In this document: in pieces, positions 30,383-39,491 of the stretch | Position numbering within the stretch: position 1 is the first letter of the stretch | Layout of the letters: every line of letters begins with the position of its first letter | IMG/VR virus record: IMGVR_UViG_3300044631_000551 | Span: 20,439-84,438 of that record | Length of the DNA: 64,000 nt | Source: a virus | Direction: 5' to 3' (one strand) | Translations under genes and position numbers: made by a program | The notes under the pieces: generated by a model | Seen by the model: only the letters and a program-made list of their open reading frames with translations | Database searches by the model: none | Told to the model about the DNA's origin: nothing

Positions 30383-31036
30383 TTATGCTTCTTTCTTTTT
30401 GCGTGATACTGGCTTCTTCGTCTTCGGAGTATGGATGGTTCCGATGATGTTATCAACGCAACCAAGAGTAAGTGCTTCCTCGGACGACATATAGAAGTCG
30501 TGACGCATGTTGTAGATTTCTTCTAATTTCTCAGGAGTAATCTTAGTTTGACGAAGAGTAATATCTTCGATGCGATCTTGTAAGCGCGATGCTTCCAAGA
30601 ATTCTGTTTCTACTTCTTTCAGTGTACCGATGATACCAGTCGAAACTTGGTGGTACATGTGAGTAGAATCAGCATAGCAAGAACGAACATGACCGCTAAT
30701 AGCAATCAGAAAGCCACAGCTCATAGCTGTACCAGTCACGATTGTATGAATCGGTGTGCTACATTCACGCATGATTGACAACAGACCGAAGCACTGGTAG
30801 ACCATACCACCATAGCTGTCAATGTAAATGTTAATGGGACGTGGTGAATATTCAAGATTGTGAAGCGCATACAGCTTCTTGATATATTTGTCATGCTTCT
30901 CGATAGCAAGAATACTTTCGGTTAGAGCAGCGATGCTGTCTTGGTCGACCTGCTTTGTAAAGAATAGGTCACGCTTCTTCGGTTGCGGTAGACTTACTTC
31001 TTCACTCGAATCAATAACAGTTGTTTCTTCGCTCAT
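30383..31036 (-). CDS. clpP: ClpP-like protease
   Basis: INIYIDSYGG, TGTAMSCG (catalytic Ser), MYHQ (His), DFYMSSEEAL.LG.VD (Asp). Confidence 0.85.
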   Translation of the reverse strand: MSEETTVIDSSEEVSLPQPKKRDLFFTKQVDQDSIAALTESILAIEKHDKYIKKLYALHNLEYSPRPINIYIDSYGGMVYQCFGLLSIMRECSTPIHTIVTGTAMSCGFLIAISGHVRSCYADSTHMYHQVSTGIIGTLKEVETEFLEASRLQDRIEDITLRQTKITPEKLEEIYNMRHDFYMSSEEALTLGCVDNIIGTIHTPKTKKPVSRKKKEA

Positions 31037-31051
31037 AATATATTCCTTTAA

Positions 31052-31288
31052 TTATAATGGTAATTTTGCAGTTCTTTCCAACAAATTCATATCTCGACAT
31101 TCAGCTTCTAATTTCGATTTAATCACGTCAGACTTTTTGACCAAGTTCCCAATTGCTGTTGGTTCCATGTCATTCTCTTCGCAGAAAGAGAGGATGGCTT
31201 CGAGATAGCCCATCCCCATTTTTACTTTGCTTTCTACTGCCATAGCAAATGTATTGGCATCAAATTTCTTTTCAAGTTTATCTAGCAT
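31052..31288 (-). CDS. gp33: late transcription coactivator gp33
   Basis: F...VE.., YLEAIL.FCEEN.ME, IK.KLE.E, LPL C-terminus. Confidence 0.8.
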   Translation of the reverse strand: MLDKLEKKFDANTFAMAVESKVKMGMGYLEAILSFCEENDMEPTAIGNLVKKSDVIKSKLEAECRDMNLLERTAKLPL

Positions 31289-31808
31289 AGAAAATGTGCG
31301 CTCCTACTTTTGCTACGCGCTTCTTTTTGTAAGACCATTTCGGTTTTACAGATGTATTGTGGAAGTACATAACACGTTTGTTTAATGTACCGTTTTCATA
31401 TCGTTCGATGATTTCTTGAACGACATCCCTAGTTTGTTTGTTGATGTGGTGCGGTTTTACTTTGCGAACATTAGTAAATTGCGCTTTTTGGTATGCTACA
31501 CCACAAATTGTTTTTGGATAGTATTTACTATTCGCGCGATTGAAGACTGTCGCTCCGACGAGAATAGCACCCTGTGCTTTGTTACCTCTGGTTTCATTAT
31601 AGATTACTGCCTCTAAACAGGCAATGTCACTCTTGGATAACGCTTTGATTGGTTTAGATTTGACTGGGTTAGTAATTGGAAAGTTTGGTGTTAATTCTTG
31701 AAACAGTTTGTCATTATCTAAAAGTTTTGCATCAGCACTTCGTTGATTTATTACAGTCAGACTTGCTAGTACAACAGCAAGGATAACCGATTTCTTCATA
31801 AAAGTCAT
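31278..31808 (-). CDS. SleB/Hydrolase_2 cell-wall hydrolase with N-terminal signal
   Basis: CL..VIYNETRG, V.NR..S..YP.TICGV.YQK.QF, YFH..VKPKW, VGAHIFY. Confidence 0.85.
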   Translation of the reverse strand: MTFMKKSVILAVVLASLTVINQRSADAKLLDNDKLFQELTPNFPITNPVKSKPIKALSKSDIACLEAVIYNETRGNKAQGAILVGATVFNRANSKYYPKTICGVAYQKAQFTNVRKVKPHHINKQTRDVVQEIIERYENGTLNKRVMYFHNTSVKPKWSYKKKRVAKVGAHIFYAR

Positions 31809-31838
31809 CGCATTTCCTTTTTTGGTTGGACGAGAAAT

Positions 31839-31846
31839 TATTTATA
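31839..31846 (-). promoter_or_regulatory. T4-type late promoter TATAAATA
   Basis: Exact consensus 30 nt upstream of the hydrolase. Confidence 0.65.
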
Positions 31847-31876
31847 GGAAAGGGGGAGTTTGACCTCCCCCATTTC
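31847..31876 (-). terminator. rho-independent terminator
   Basis: GGGGGAG-GTCAAA-CTCCCCC followed by TTTCC, downstream of the HTH gene. Confidence 0.6.
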
Positions 31877-31893
31877 TTAACAACTATTAAGTA

Positions 31894-32157
31894 TTAGTTG
31901 CGGGTAAACAGCGTAGAACCGCCAGCGTTGTAAGCAGCAGCAATCATGCGACGGCTTGGGGTGCCAAGACGATAGGTGGTTTTGCCATTGCTATCAGTGT
32001 TGGTGTAAACAGCATAGCCTTCCGAACGAAGTTGACGGATGACTTCAGAAGCCGAAGTGACTTTGTAGCTGTTGGTGATTTGGGCGGTCGTCAGAGTCTT
32101 GCCGTTTTTCAGGGCATTCAGGACGGTTTCTTTCTGCGAGTTAGTATTCTTACTCAT
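31894..32157 (-). CDS. winged-HTH DNA-binding protein
   Basis: VLNAL.NGK.LT..QI, I..LRSEGYAVY, YRLGTPSR. Confidence 0.7.
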   Translation of the reverse strand: MSKNTNSQKETVLNALKNGKTLTTAQITNSYKVTSASEVIRQLRSEGYAVYTNTDSNGKTTYRLGTPSRRMIAAAYNAGGSTLFTRN

Positions 32158-32213
32158 TGTGTTTCCTCATTATATTAAACATAGATGTAATACTGGCTTT
32201 TACCAGTTCAATT

Positions 32214-32242
32214 ATTATACCCTATTTGGGGTTCAAAGTAAA
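32214..32242 (-). promoter_or_regulatory. early sigma70-like promoter
   Basis: TTTACT-17 bp-TATAAT; IHF-like boxes upstream at 32294-32306 (-) and 32362-32374 (+). Confidence 0.7.
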
Positions 32243-32427
32243 ATAATGGTAAACCGAGCCAGTCGGGGTCGGTCACAAAATAGACCTCGGCTGCAAGCCC
32301 TTGATTTATAAGGAGTTTTTAGGGGTGGTTTTCAGTCCACTTAAACGAAAAAACCTAATAAAATCAATGACTTAGGTCAAAAAGTCGCAAACATTAGGGT
32401 AAAACAGGGGTCAGGGTCGGGTTCAGG

Positions 32428-32907
32428 TCAAAATACGCTTTGCAGGGTCGTTCCCATATTGTATGCTTTGCCATAATCAATCACTAATCCTTTTTCGCGT
32501 CCATGCGCGTCAATTTCCCAAGGGCGATCCCAGTAGTGCATTTCCCACTCATATCGCTTTCCTAGCCATTTGCAGATTTCGTTGTTTGTGCTTGGGAGTT
32601 GGCGGAGTTCGCGTTTCGCATATTGCTTGATATGCACCATTTCGTGAGCGAGAGTTCTAAGGTAGTTTACCAGAAGGATATCGTCTGGTGCGAAAATCTG
32701 AATGTGGTATTTCTTTGGTGGATCTTCTTCATCCGTCCATACACAATCAGCGAGATCGGTGACGTCATGAACATACGGATGATGCTCTATTTTTACAGAG
32801 AGAGTTTTTGATAGTTCGTCTTTGAAGAACTTCTTCGCGAAGAACTTACAGAATTGTTTAGCGTGCAACCTTTGCTCTTCTGTACCACCCTTAATAGTGA
32901 TTCTCAT
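32428..32907 (-). CDS. SprT-like HExxH metallopeptidase
   Basis: TLAHEMVHIKQY...PWEIDA. Confidence 0.7.
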   Translation of the reverse strand: MRITIKGGTEEQRLHAKQFCKFFAKKFFKDELSKTLSVKIEHHPYVHDVTDLADCVWTDEEDPPKKYHIQIFAPDDILLVNYLRTLAHEMVHIKQYAKRELRQLPSTNNEICKWLGKRYEWEMHYWDRPWEIDAHGREKGLVIDYGKAYNMGTTLQSVF

Positions 32908-33577
32908 TTCGGAACTGTTCCCTTAGATCTTTAAGCTGGTTGATGTGTTCGTCAACATAGGCATGATATACGTGGGTCTTTCCTGTTTCTTCTGTGGCAA
33001 TAAAGATTAAAACATGGTCGATTTTCATACCAGTTCTTTCTTCCCACATTTTAGCATAACCAGCACCTTGGCAAAAGTAGTTGGTTATTTGTTCCTTGGA
33101 CTTTTCTTTACGAGAAGTCTTCCAGTCCATTACTGCATATTTAGCCATATACTTCCCTATACAGTCAACCGTGCCAGCGACTTCTAATTCGTCTGACCAT
33201 AGTCTGGCTTCTACTGCTAGGATTTCTTCCAAGCCCATGTCAATTTTCTCTTTGAGAGTATTGAACATTTGTATTGCGTCGGGCATGGCTTTTTGTGCTA
33301 CATTAGCAAAGCCCTCTATATCGTCGAGGATATAGTGTTCTGCTAATGTATGCATCGATGTACCACGGCTGGATGCCATACGCGATACACGATTTGCTTC
33401 AGCTTCACCTACTCTGGCTCGCCACGCTTTAATTCCTTCGCGTCCGAGCAAACCAGTAACACCAGTCAACGAGGGATAGTTTTTCCCCGACGGTGTTTTA
33501 TAGGTGCGCTTACCATCTTCATTAACCTGCATAATCTGCGGGATAACGAACTCATCAATTCTATTTTTGAACATCAC
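32891..33577 (-). CDS. PD-(D/E)XK exonuclease
   Basis: R.Y.TP.G..YPS.T, RGT.MH, E..L.S, AGTVDCI, DWKTS, QGAGYA. Confidence 0.85.
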   Translation of the reverse strand: MMFKNRIDEFVIPQIMQVNEDGKRTYKTPSGKNYPSLTGVTGLLGREGIKAWRARVGEAEANRVSRMASSRGTSMHTLAEHYILDDIEGFANVAQKAMPDAIQMFNTLKEKIDMGLEEILAVEARLWSDELEVAGTVDCIGKYMAKYAVMDWKTSRKEKSKEQITNYFCQGAGYAKMWEERTGMKIDHVLIFIATEETGKTHVYHAYVDEHINQLKDLREQFRNENHY

Positions 33578-33996
33578 TTCTTCTTTGGTCCGTAGAACCC
33601 ATTTTGCATATCTTGAACAAAGCGGTTTGCTTCTTCAGTTTTCAATTGTCTTGCTTCTCTTACTGAAGCAACACCCAAGTCTTCCTTTGCTTTCTTTACA
33701 CGCTCAACTTTTTTCATGGCTTGTTCTGGTGTAATCTCATTTCGGAGAACACGCTTCAACAAAGCACACTTGTAACCAGAACAGGTCTTTGGTCTTGTTT
33801 CGTAGATAGAGCAACTTCCGTTCACGTGCGCGGGACAAGGTTGAAGGAAGAAGTGTTTATCCTCTTCCTCCTTGTACTTGGTTTCCGCACCGAGGAATAT
33901 CATCTGTACTAATTCGTGGTCGTGCGCCACTACGTTGCCGAACATTGTTCCGTCGCAACACATACCACACGCTACACAAAGGTCAGACGGTGTCAT
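33574..33996 (-). CDS. YkgJ-family CxxCxxCC cysteine-cluster protein
   Basis: CVACGMCCDG...PCP...CSIYETRPKTC..YKC. Confidence 0.85.
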   Translation of the reverse strand: MTPSDLCVACGMCCDGTMFGNVVAHDHELVQMIFLGAETKYKEEEDKHFFLQPCPAHVNGSCSIYETRPKTCSGYKCALLKRVLRNEITPEQAMKKVERVKKAKEDLGVASVREARQLKTEEANRFVQDMQNGFYGPKKK

Positions 33997-34460
33997 ACTT
34001 TAGTTGTAAAGTAGCATTGACCGACACGAGCAATAGCTTGCTTCATGTCATCAAGTTCAAAGCCAAACACGAAGTCATCATAATTTCCAACTGCATAAAC
34101 TTTCATTGCGCTAGAATTAACGATGATGTCTAGGTTTTCTACTGAGCCTTCGAGTTCCACAATTACGGTGCTCGAGTCGCGCGAATAAACCATAACTGGA
34201 ATGCGGATCCCGTCAAAGTCAGCTTCAGCTGTGCTCTCGAATGGGTTTTCTTTACTGGCTTTGATATTCCACTTTGCGTTGATTGCGGAAAGATAGAGTT
34301 TATCGTCAAACCAACCAAATCGTGTTTCGCCGATATTACCATTGCCCCAATCAATTCCGTTTCTTGCGATACAGAACTCTGAGCTGGGAACCATCTCCCA
34401 ATCCGCTGCGACGGACTGGGAGGATACTGCAAGCATTGCTGCTAATAAAATCTTTTTCAT
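33993..34460 (-). CDS. hypothetical secreted protein
   Basis: Signal-peptide-like MKKILLAAMLAVSSQSVAA. Confidence 0.6.
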   Translation of the reverse strand: MKKILLAAMLAVSSQSVAADWEMVPSSEFCIARNGIDWGNGNIGETRFGWFDDKLYLSAINAKWNIKASKENPFESTAEADFDGIRIPVMVYSRDSSTVIVELEGSVENLDIIVNSSAMKVYAVGNYDDFVFGFELDDMKQAIARVGQCYFTTKV

Positions 34461-34466
34461 ATATTC

Positions 34467-35171
34467 CTATGCCAGACCCATCTCCGTCTTAGTGACAATA
34501 TAATCGCGAACCAAACCAGATCGTACGATATCGGTTTCTAAAAACTCAATGTGGTCAAATTTTTTCATTTTATCTAAGATACTCATGAAGTCATGAATAC
34601 CGCTCTTTTCTTTTGCATTCTTTAAGTCAGTTTGGCGGAAGTCACCGCAAAAGACAATCTTTGTCCCTTCGCCTACACGAGTGATAACTGAGTCAAGTTC
34701 CGCGAACGAAAGGTTCTGAATCTCATCTACAATCACTACTGCATTGTCAATAGTCAAACCACGAATGAACGAGGTTGACATGAATTCTATTACATTTTTA
34801 CTCTTGAGAATATCATAAGCATCACCGCGACTTAGCAGGTTGTTTACGATTTCTCGATAGGGTTGCTCATAAACTCTTAGTTTTTCATCCAATGTTCCTG
34901 GCATAAAGCCAACGTCGCGTGTTGCCACTGCGCTTCTAACAATATAGATCTTTTTGAATGTACCATATTCCAACATTTCCTTTAACGCAAGATATAACGA
35001 AATAAATGTTTTACCTGTACCAGCTATTCCGTGGAGAAGTAAGTGATTATCATAGAAAGAACGAAACACTATATTCTGCGTTTCTGTCATAGGATTTATC
35101 TCTCTTAACTCTAAGCCCAAACTATTAATCTTTACCACTTTCTTAGCTGCTGTTTTGGCGGTTCTTTTCAT
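34467..35171 (-). CDS. phoH: PhoH-family ATPase
   Basis: GIAGTGKT, GFMPG, FIRGLT, DEIQN, TRVGEG, GDFRQ.DL, DIVRSGLV. Confidence 0.93.
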   Translation of the reverse strand: MKRTAKTAAKKVVKINSLGLELREINPMTETQNIVFRSFYDNHLLLHGIAGTGKTFISLYLALKEMLEYGTFKKIYIVRSAVATRDVGFMPGTLDEKLRVYEQPYREIVNNLLSRGDAYDILKSKNVIEFMSTSFIRGLTIDNAVVIVDEIQNLSFAELDSVITRVGEGTKIVFCGDFRQTDLKNAKEKSGIHDFMSILDKMKKFDHIEFLETDIVRSGLVRDYIVTKTEMGLA

Positions 35172-35204
35172 TGAAGATCCTTGTTGTGTTTGTTTATGGA
35201 TTCA

Positions 35205-35432
35205 TCACCAATCGTTTATAGTGTTCCCCCTGTGTTTGGATTTAATCTTTTGTAGAACTTCGCGGAAACCAGCGTCTGGTTTCTTAGCGTCGTTATAGCT
35301 AAATGTTGTTGGCGTTTCATGCCATTGTATGACGTGCGGATTCTCCGAGAGGAATGTTTCCATCTCGGAGATCTTCATAAACTTTTCGAAGACTTCTTCA
35401 GTTTCGGTGTTTTTGAGATTGTACAGTGGCAT
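35205..35432 (-). CDS. conserved hypothetical phage protein
   Basis: MPLY...NTET.E.FE...GFREVLQKIK..H, commonly adjacent to phoH. Confidence 0.65.
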   Translation of the reverse strand: MPLYNLKNTETEEVFEKFMKISEMETFLSENPHVIQWHETPTTFSYNDAKKPDAGFREVLQKIKSKHRGNTINDW

Positions 35433-35658
35433 CTTTAATCTGCTCTATAAAGTGATCAATTAACTCATTATTAAGTGCTGGAAGAATCTGTTTTGCTTGT
35501 GTGCGCGTCAGCGTTTTCTCATGTATGAGCTGAGAAAGAACTACGCTTCCGCCACAAATAGCACCCCTGATAAAGCCAGCGGTCTTACCTTGTCGGTGCA
35601 TGTACCAGCCATAGCAACCAAGAATTACCAAAATACCTGCGAATGTTATCATTTCCAT
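35398..35658 (-). CDS. hypothetical membrane protein
   Basis: N-terminal hydrophobic helix; overlaps both neighbours. Confidence 0.55.
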   Translation of the reverse strand: MEMITFAGILVILGCYGWYMHRQGKTAGFIRGAICGGSVVLSQLIHEKTLTRTQAKQILPALNNELIDHFIEQIKDATVQSQKHRN

Positions 35659-35822
35659 CGATAATCCTCTTCGTCATCAAACTCATCTTCGGTATATTCC
35701 AGCAGATGGTCGAGATCGTTAGACCTAAGTGCATTTTTGAGATTACGTTCTTTGCGCTCAGGACGTTTTGGTTTTTTGATGTTGTCTTCCCTTTCGTGAA
35801 AAGACGTTCGTTTTATAGTCAT
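35649..35822 (-). CDS. hypothetical protein (57 aa, basic then acidic)
   Basis: Not in ORF track; MTIKRTSFHEREDNIKKPKR...EDEFDDEEDYRWK fills the gap with an ATGA overlap. Confidence 0.6.
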   Translation of the reverse strand: MTIKRTSFHEREDNIKKPKRPERKERNLKNALRSNDLDHLLEYTEDEFDDEEDYRWK

Positions 35823-36292
35823 ACAGCTTGTGTCTTAGCTTCTTTTTCAGCTTTAGCATTATCTTCTGCAACTTGCTTGGGAAACAATTGCGGATATGCC
35901 TTCCTAGCAACATGAGCCGACATCGGTTTCCACGGTGTACGATGCTCCTTCATAGCAAGGATTAATTTTGCGTCCTCGGGATGTAATCCTTCGAGATATT
36001 GAATGAATAGTTGTTCGCGACGAATCCTAGCAACGTTGTTTCCAGGAAGGAAAAGATACATCTTCTTCCACTCTGAATACAAACGCTCTTCTAAATCAGA
36101 AGATTGTTCTTGAGTCGCTGGTTTGTAGGGAGGTTCGCCGTCTGGAAGATCCATATTGATATCTTCGTCGAACATAACTTTAAGGACACCTTGCAGGACT
36201 ACACTATCATGTTTGTGTAAGTGTTCTACTCGGGATTGTACATCGGGAAGCGCAGCAGCTTCCTCGAGAATTTGGGAGATGCGTTTCATCAT
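35819..36292 (-). CDS. conserved T4-like hypothetical protein
   Basis: LPDGEPPYKP, RREQLFIQYLEGLHP.DA motif. Confidence 0.7.
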   Translation of the reverse strand: MMKRISQILEEAAALPDVQSRVEHLHKHDSVVLQGVLKVMFDEDINMDLPDGEPPYKPATQEQSSDLEERLYSEWKKMYLFLPGNNVARIRREQLFIQYLEGLHPEDAKLILAMKEHRTPWKPMSAHVARKAYPQLFPKQVAEDNAKAEKEAKTQAV

Positions 36293-37146
36293 TAGAATTC
36301 CGAAATGTTTTCCATTAAAAACTTTAGTTTGTGTTTGATAAAGTAGTTGAACAGTTGGTTCCTATCTTTACCTGCTTCCGAGTCATACTCTTGGATAATC
36401 CTATCCTTAATCTCATTCGGTATATTATTTAGTGAAATCAAAAGCTCGTTTCGTTTCCAGTTGCGTTGCTCTTCGTCTTTCAACTGCTCAAACGGAGTAG
36501 TCATAAAGTAGTCAAGTCGCTTCTGGGTAATGATACCCTGTCGCGTACCAGTCACAAGGCAGTCATCCTTAGACAGGATGTTCGGAATACCGTCGCTAGT
36601 ATCACCACGGATAATGTGCTCGCGCAGGAACTCGTCGGCATCCGTACAGCTCAGCATGCGTTTGCGAGTAGGATCGTACTGCTCGACGTTATTATAGCAT
36701 TGCAGTTGCTTGAAGTCTTTGTCACCAGAGACAATCATAATCTTTTCAGCATTACCAAACTCGACACCAAACTTGTGTACGAGAACACCGATAACGTCGT
36801 CGGCTTCAGCATTATCTACGTGAATGACGCGATACGGGAAATATGCTTTCAACTCCTCGCGGACTTTAGCGAATGTGTCAAACACAGTTCCCCAATCCAT
36901 GTCAGAAGCATCACGACTCTTGCGACGGTTGGCTTTGTAGTACGGAAACGCGCCACGACGCCAGCTGCTGGAGTCACAGGCGATAACCATATCGCCGTAG
37001 TCGGCTGCAAACTTCTTGCGAATATTACGCAATCCGTTCAGAATCATGTGGCGAAGCAGATCTTCATCTAGCTTGGCATTTTGATGAGAGCCAAGCTGAG
37101 TCATCAGATTAGCAATCATTACTTGTTGTAAGTCAATTATAAACAT
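36292..37146 (-). CDS. rnh: T4-type RNase H / 5'-3' exonuclease
   Basis: IIDL.Q, WRR..FPYYK.NR, EADDVIG, SGDKDF.QL, GD.SDGIPN. Confidence 0.93.
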   Translation of the reverse strand: MFIIDLQQVMIANLMTQLGSHQNAKLDEDLLRHMILNGLRNIRKKFAADYGDMVIACDSSSWRRGAFPYYKANRRKSRDASDMDWGTVFDTFAKVREELKAYFPYRVIHVDNAEADDVIGVLVHKFGVEFGNAEKIMIVSGDKDFKQLQCYNNVEQYDPTRKRMLSCTDADEFLREHIIRGDTSDGIPNILSKDDCLVTGTRQGIITQKRLDYFMTTPFEQLKDEEQRNWKRNELLISLNNIPNEIKDRIIQEYDSEAGKDRNQLFNYFIKHKLKFLMENISEF

Positions 37147-37147
37147 T

Positions 37148-37459
37148 TTATGTTACCATTTCATAGAAATCTTCTGCGGTGACCTGCAGTGGGTGTAGGA
37201 TATTGCGTTCGCCGAGTAGCATAGAGTACATGGCTTCTCGGAACAGAATATAGTCTTTTGGGCTCACTTCTGTGGGCTTGATACCACGACTCACAAGGAT
37301 CGTCCATGCAGCTTGAAGTGCAAGATCGGCGATGTCAGTGACCTCGTCATAAGCAGTAACAAAGTTGTCAACAACTTCAGAAACTTGTTTCTCGGTTTTG
37401 ACTTCTTCCTGTTTAACTTTGAATCGGTCAGCAACGTCAATTACATTATTATCGCTCAT
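37148..37459 (-). CDS. hypothetical protein
   Basis: Operon-packed ORF. Confidence 0.55.
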   Translation of the reverse strand: MSDNNVIDVADRFKVKQEEVKTEKQVSEVVDNFVTAYDEVTDIADLALQAAWTILVSRGIKPTEVSPKDYILFREAMYSMLLGERNILHPLQVTAEDFYEMVT

Positions 37460-37719
37460 AGATATTTTGCCTTTCGTCCTCGCTTCATTGGCACGACTGG
37501 TGTGGTTTCTTCGACTTCGTCGGTCATTTCATCGCGCGGATCGCGAAAGAACAAAGGTAAATCTGTGCCAGCATTTATCTTTACAGTGTATCCGAGATCG
37601 CGCCAGCTAACAGCGTGTTGAATAGCAGTTGTTTTATCATTATAATCTAGTTCTAAGCAATGACCTTGTCGTGGTCGCTTGTGATAAAAGATTTGTACAG
37701 TCCAGTATTGTTTACGCAC
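37456..37719 (-). CDS. hypothetical protein
   Basis: Operon-packed ORF with ATGA overlap. Confidence 0.5.
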   Translation of the reverse strand: MRKQYWTVQIFYHKRPRQGHCLELDYNDKTTAIQHAVSWRDLGYTVKINAGTDLPLFFRDPRDEMTDEVEETTPVVPMKRGRKAKYL

Positions 37720-37812
37720 TTAGAAACCCCAATATAAATCCGATTATGAATGGCAAGGAAGAAATAATCATTAAAGCAATCATTATAATAAACAAAAAGA
37801 TAATTCCTTTCA

Positions 37813-38898
37813 TTACCATACCTTGTAAAGAATTGTGGTATCATTCATGCGACCGTTAGCAGCACGTCCTTCAGTTTTCAACTGCTTAAATTGACGTTCA
37901 GCATTGATACGAGTATCAATGTGCGGAAGGATGTCAAGCGGTTTACGAAGTTTCTTAGTGAACGATTTGCTTTCGTCGAAGTTGATAATGCTAGTACCTT
38001 TGACAGAGAAACCACCCTCATTCGCGTAGTATAGGGAAAGGTCGCGCGTCTTACTATTGAACGCGACCAGATACTTGGCACCGAGCAGTTTAGCTGGGTC
38101 AATAGAAGCGATACGGAACTCTGCGTTCTCTTTCTGATACTTGAGACGACCAATAATCTTTTCGACTTTCGGTGGTTTCTTAGCGCGTGGTTTACGAGCA
38201 GCAGATTTCGTAACAGCTTTAATCTGTTTGAATTGAGTATTCATGTCAGTCAGCAGTTCAATAGTTTGCTTGACTGCTTTCCAGCTGACATGATTGTAGC
38301 CCTCGAGAAGTTGCTCGTCTTCCTTATCGCTCAGTTCGTTGAGTTCTTCTAGCAACAAAGAATACTCAGACGACAGTTCGTCGAGGTGAAACTTAGTCGC
38401 TTTCATAGCCATCAACGTTTTATAGAAGTCGACTTTAATCTTCTCTCCCGCGAGCGAGCGCGCGATGAGATCGTCCATGAATTCAAGCATTTCACTAGGA
38501 ACAGCTTTCGGCTTGACAACTTTGTTTACGATGACAGGATTACCGTCATCATCAAGTTCGGGTCGAGTAGAATCTAGGACTGTATCAATACTTTGTTTGA
38601 TGGTCGCGTGATACTTCGGATCGATAGTAGATCCGTTCGTGTATAGACGCGCGAGAGATGCGGTGGTCGGAATCAGTTTCCGAACCTTACCAGACACAGT
38701 AGCAATATCATCTTTGCTATACTTGTTCTTTGTCATGTATCCTACAAGCCACTTCTTGGCGTTGTCAGGAGTCCACTGATTGTTAAACCAGTTGAGTGCA
38801 CGAACAAACTCCACACCCTCTGGGTTATGGATTACAGGTTCGCCACCAATGGCGTCATATTGTTTACGCGGTTTGCGTTTCTTTTCTGGCTGAGCCAT
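37813..38898 (-). CDS. conserved T4-like hypothetical protein
   Basis: Long ORF behind an early promoter; SIDP..L.GA, GFSVKGTSI.NFDE..S..K.LRKP, NGRMN. Confidence 0.75.
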   Translation of the reverse strand: MAQPEKKRKPRKQYDAIGGEPVIHNPEGVEFVRALNWFNNQWTPDNAKKWLVGYMTKNKYSKDDIATVSGKVRKLIPTTASLARLYTNGSTIDPKYHATIKQSIDTVLDSTRPELDDDGNPVIVNKVVKPKAVPSEMLEFMDDLIARSLAGEKIKVDFYKTLMAMKATKFHLDELSSEYSLLLEELNELSDKEDEQLLEGYNHVSWKAVKQTIELLTDMNTQFKQIKAVTKSAARKPRAKKPPKVEKIIGRLKYQKENAEFRIASIDPAKLLGAKYLVAFNSKTRDLSLYYANEGGFSVKGTSIINFDESKSFTKKLRKPLDILPHIDTRINAERQFKQLKTEGRAANGRMNDTTILYKVW

Positions 38899-38915
38899 AA
38901 ATATCCTTTAGAACT

Positions 38916-38944
38916 ATTATACTACGATTTTGGTTGAAAGTAAA
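38916..38944 (-). promoter_or_regulatory. early sigma70-like promoter
   Basis: TTTACT-17 bp-TATAAT. Confidence 0.7.
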
Positions 38945-38945
38945 A

Positions 38946-39344
38946 TTATACAACGCTGGCATTTTGCGTATGCTTGCATTGACGGCGAAATTGAAATCCA
39001 GCACAGGTGCACGTCCAGCGACCACTTTCGTTAGTCACGTGATATGTGTTTCCTTTGCTTCCTGGAACTTCTATATGTACGATCTTGGTTTGTTGAACGA
39101 CAGGCTTCGTTGCACCCTTAATCATTTTCAGGTCAAAGACATGACGCAGATTAATGATGCGATGACCGAATGGCATGGATTTGTCTGCGAGAGCAAACTC
39201 TGTGTTGCTAATCGGATATGGCGGATTGATAACCTTTCCGCGATAAGTTGTGAATCGGAACTCACTATCCGAGAACAGATAAGATTCCTTGAAACTAGTT
39301 GTTACCTCGACTTCCGAGGAAATCAGTGGCATACGGTCAAACAT
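38946..39344 (-). CDS. SWIM zinc-finger protein
   Basis: GSKGNTYHV..WTCTCAGFQFRRQCKH; start at MFDRM after AAGGAG. Confidence 0.8.
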   Translation of the reverse strand: MFDRMPLISSEVEVTTSFKESYLFSDSEFRFTTYRGKVINPPYPISNTEFALADKSMPFGHRIINLRHVFDLKMIKGATKPVVQQTKIVHIEVPGSKGNTYHVTNESGRWTCTCAGFQFRRQCKHTQNASVV

Positions 39345-39366
39345 AGTATTCTCCTTCCATACAACC

Positions 39367-39394
39367 ATTATACTCCCCTGAAACCAGAAGTAAA
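39367..39394 (-). promoter_or_regulatory. early sigma70-like promoter
   Basis: TTTACT-16 bp-TATAAT. Confidence 0.65.
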
Positions 39395-39410
39395 ATAATA
39401 AACTCCTTAA

Positions 39411-39486
39411 AAATCAATAACTTAGCAAGGTATAAAAAACCCTTATAAATCAACGACTTATAAGGGTCTTAAAAATCAACGACTTA
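39411..39486 (+). repeat. three IHF-consensus boxes (WATCAANNNNTTR)
   Basis: AAATCAATAACTTA (39411), AAATCAACGACTTA (39447), AAATCAACGACTTA (39473). Confidence 0.7.
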
Positions 39487-39491
39487 GCGTA

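Noticed and set aside
36466-37071. 201-aa plus-strand ORF
   Set aside because: Antisense to the well-supported RNase H gene
39411-39486. FNR/CRP sites linked to the adjacent adenylate cyclase
   Set aside because: Spacing does not fit TTGAT-N4-ATCAA or TGTGA-N6-TCACA; the boxes fit the IHF consensus and recur far from the cyclase
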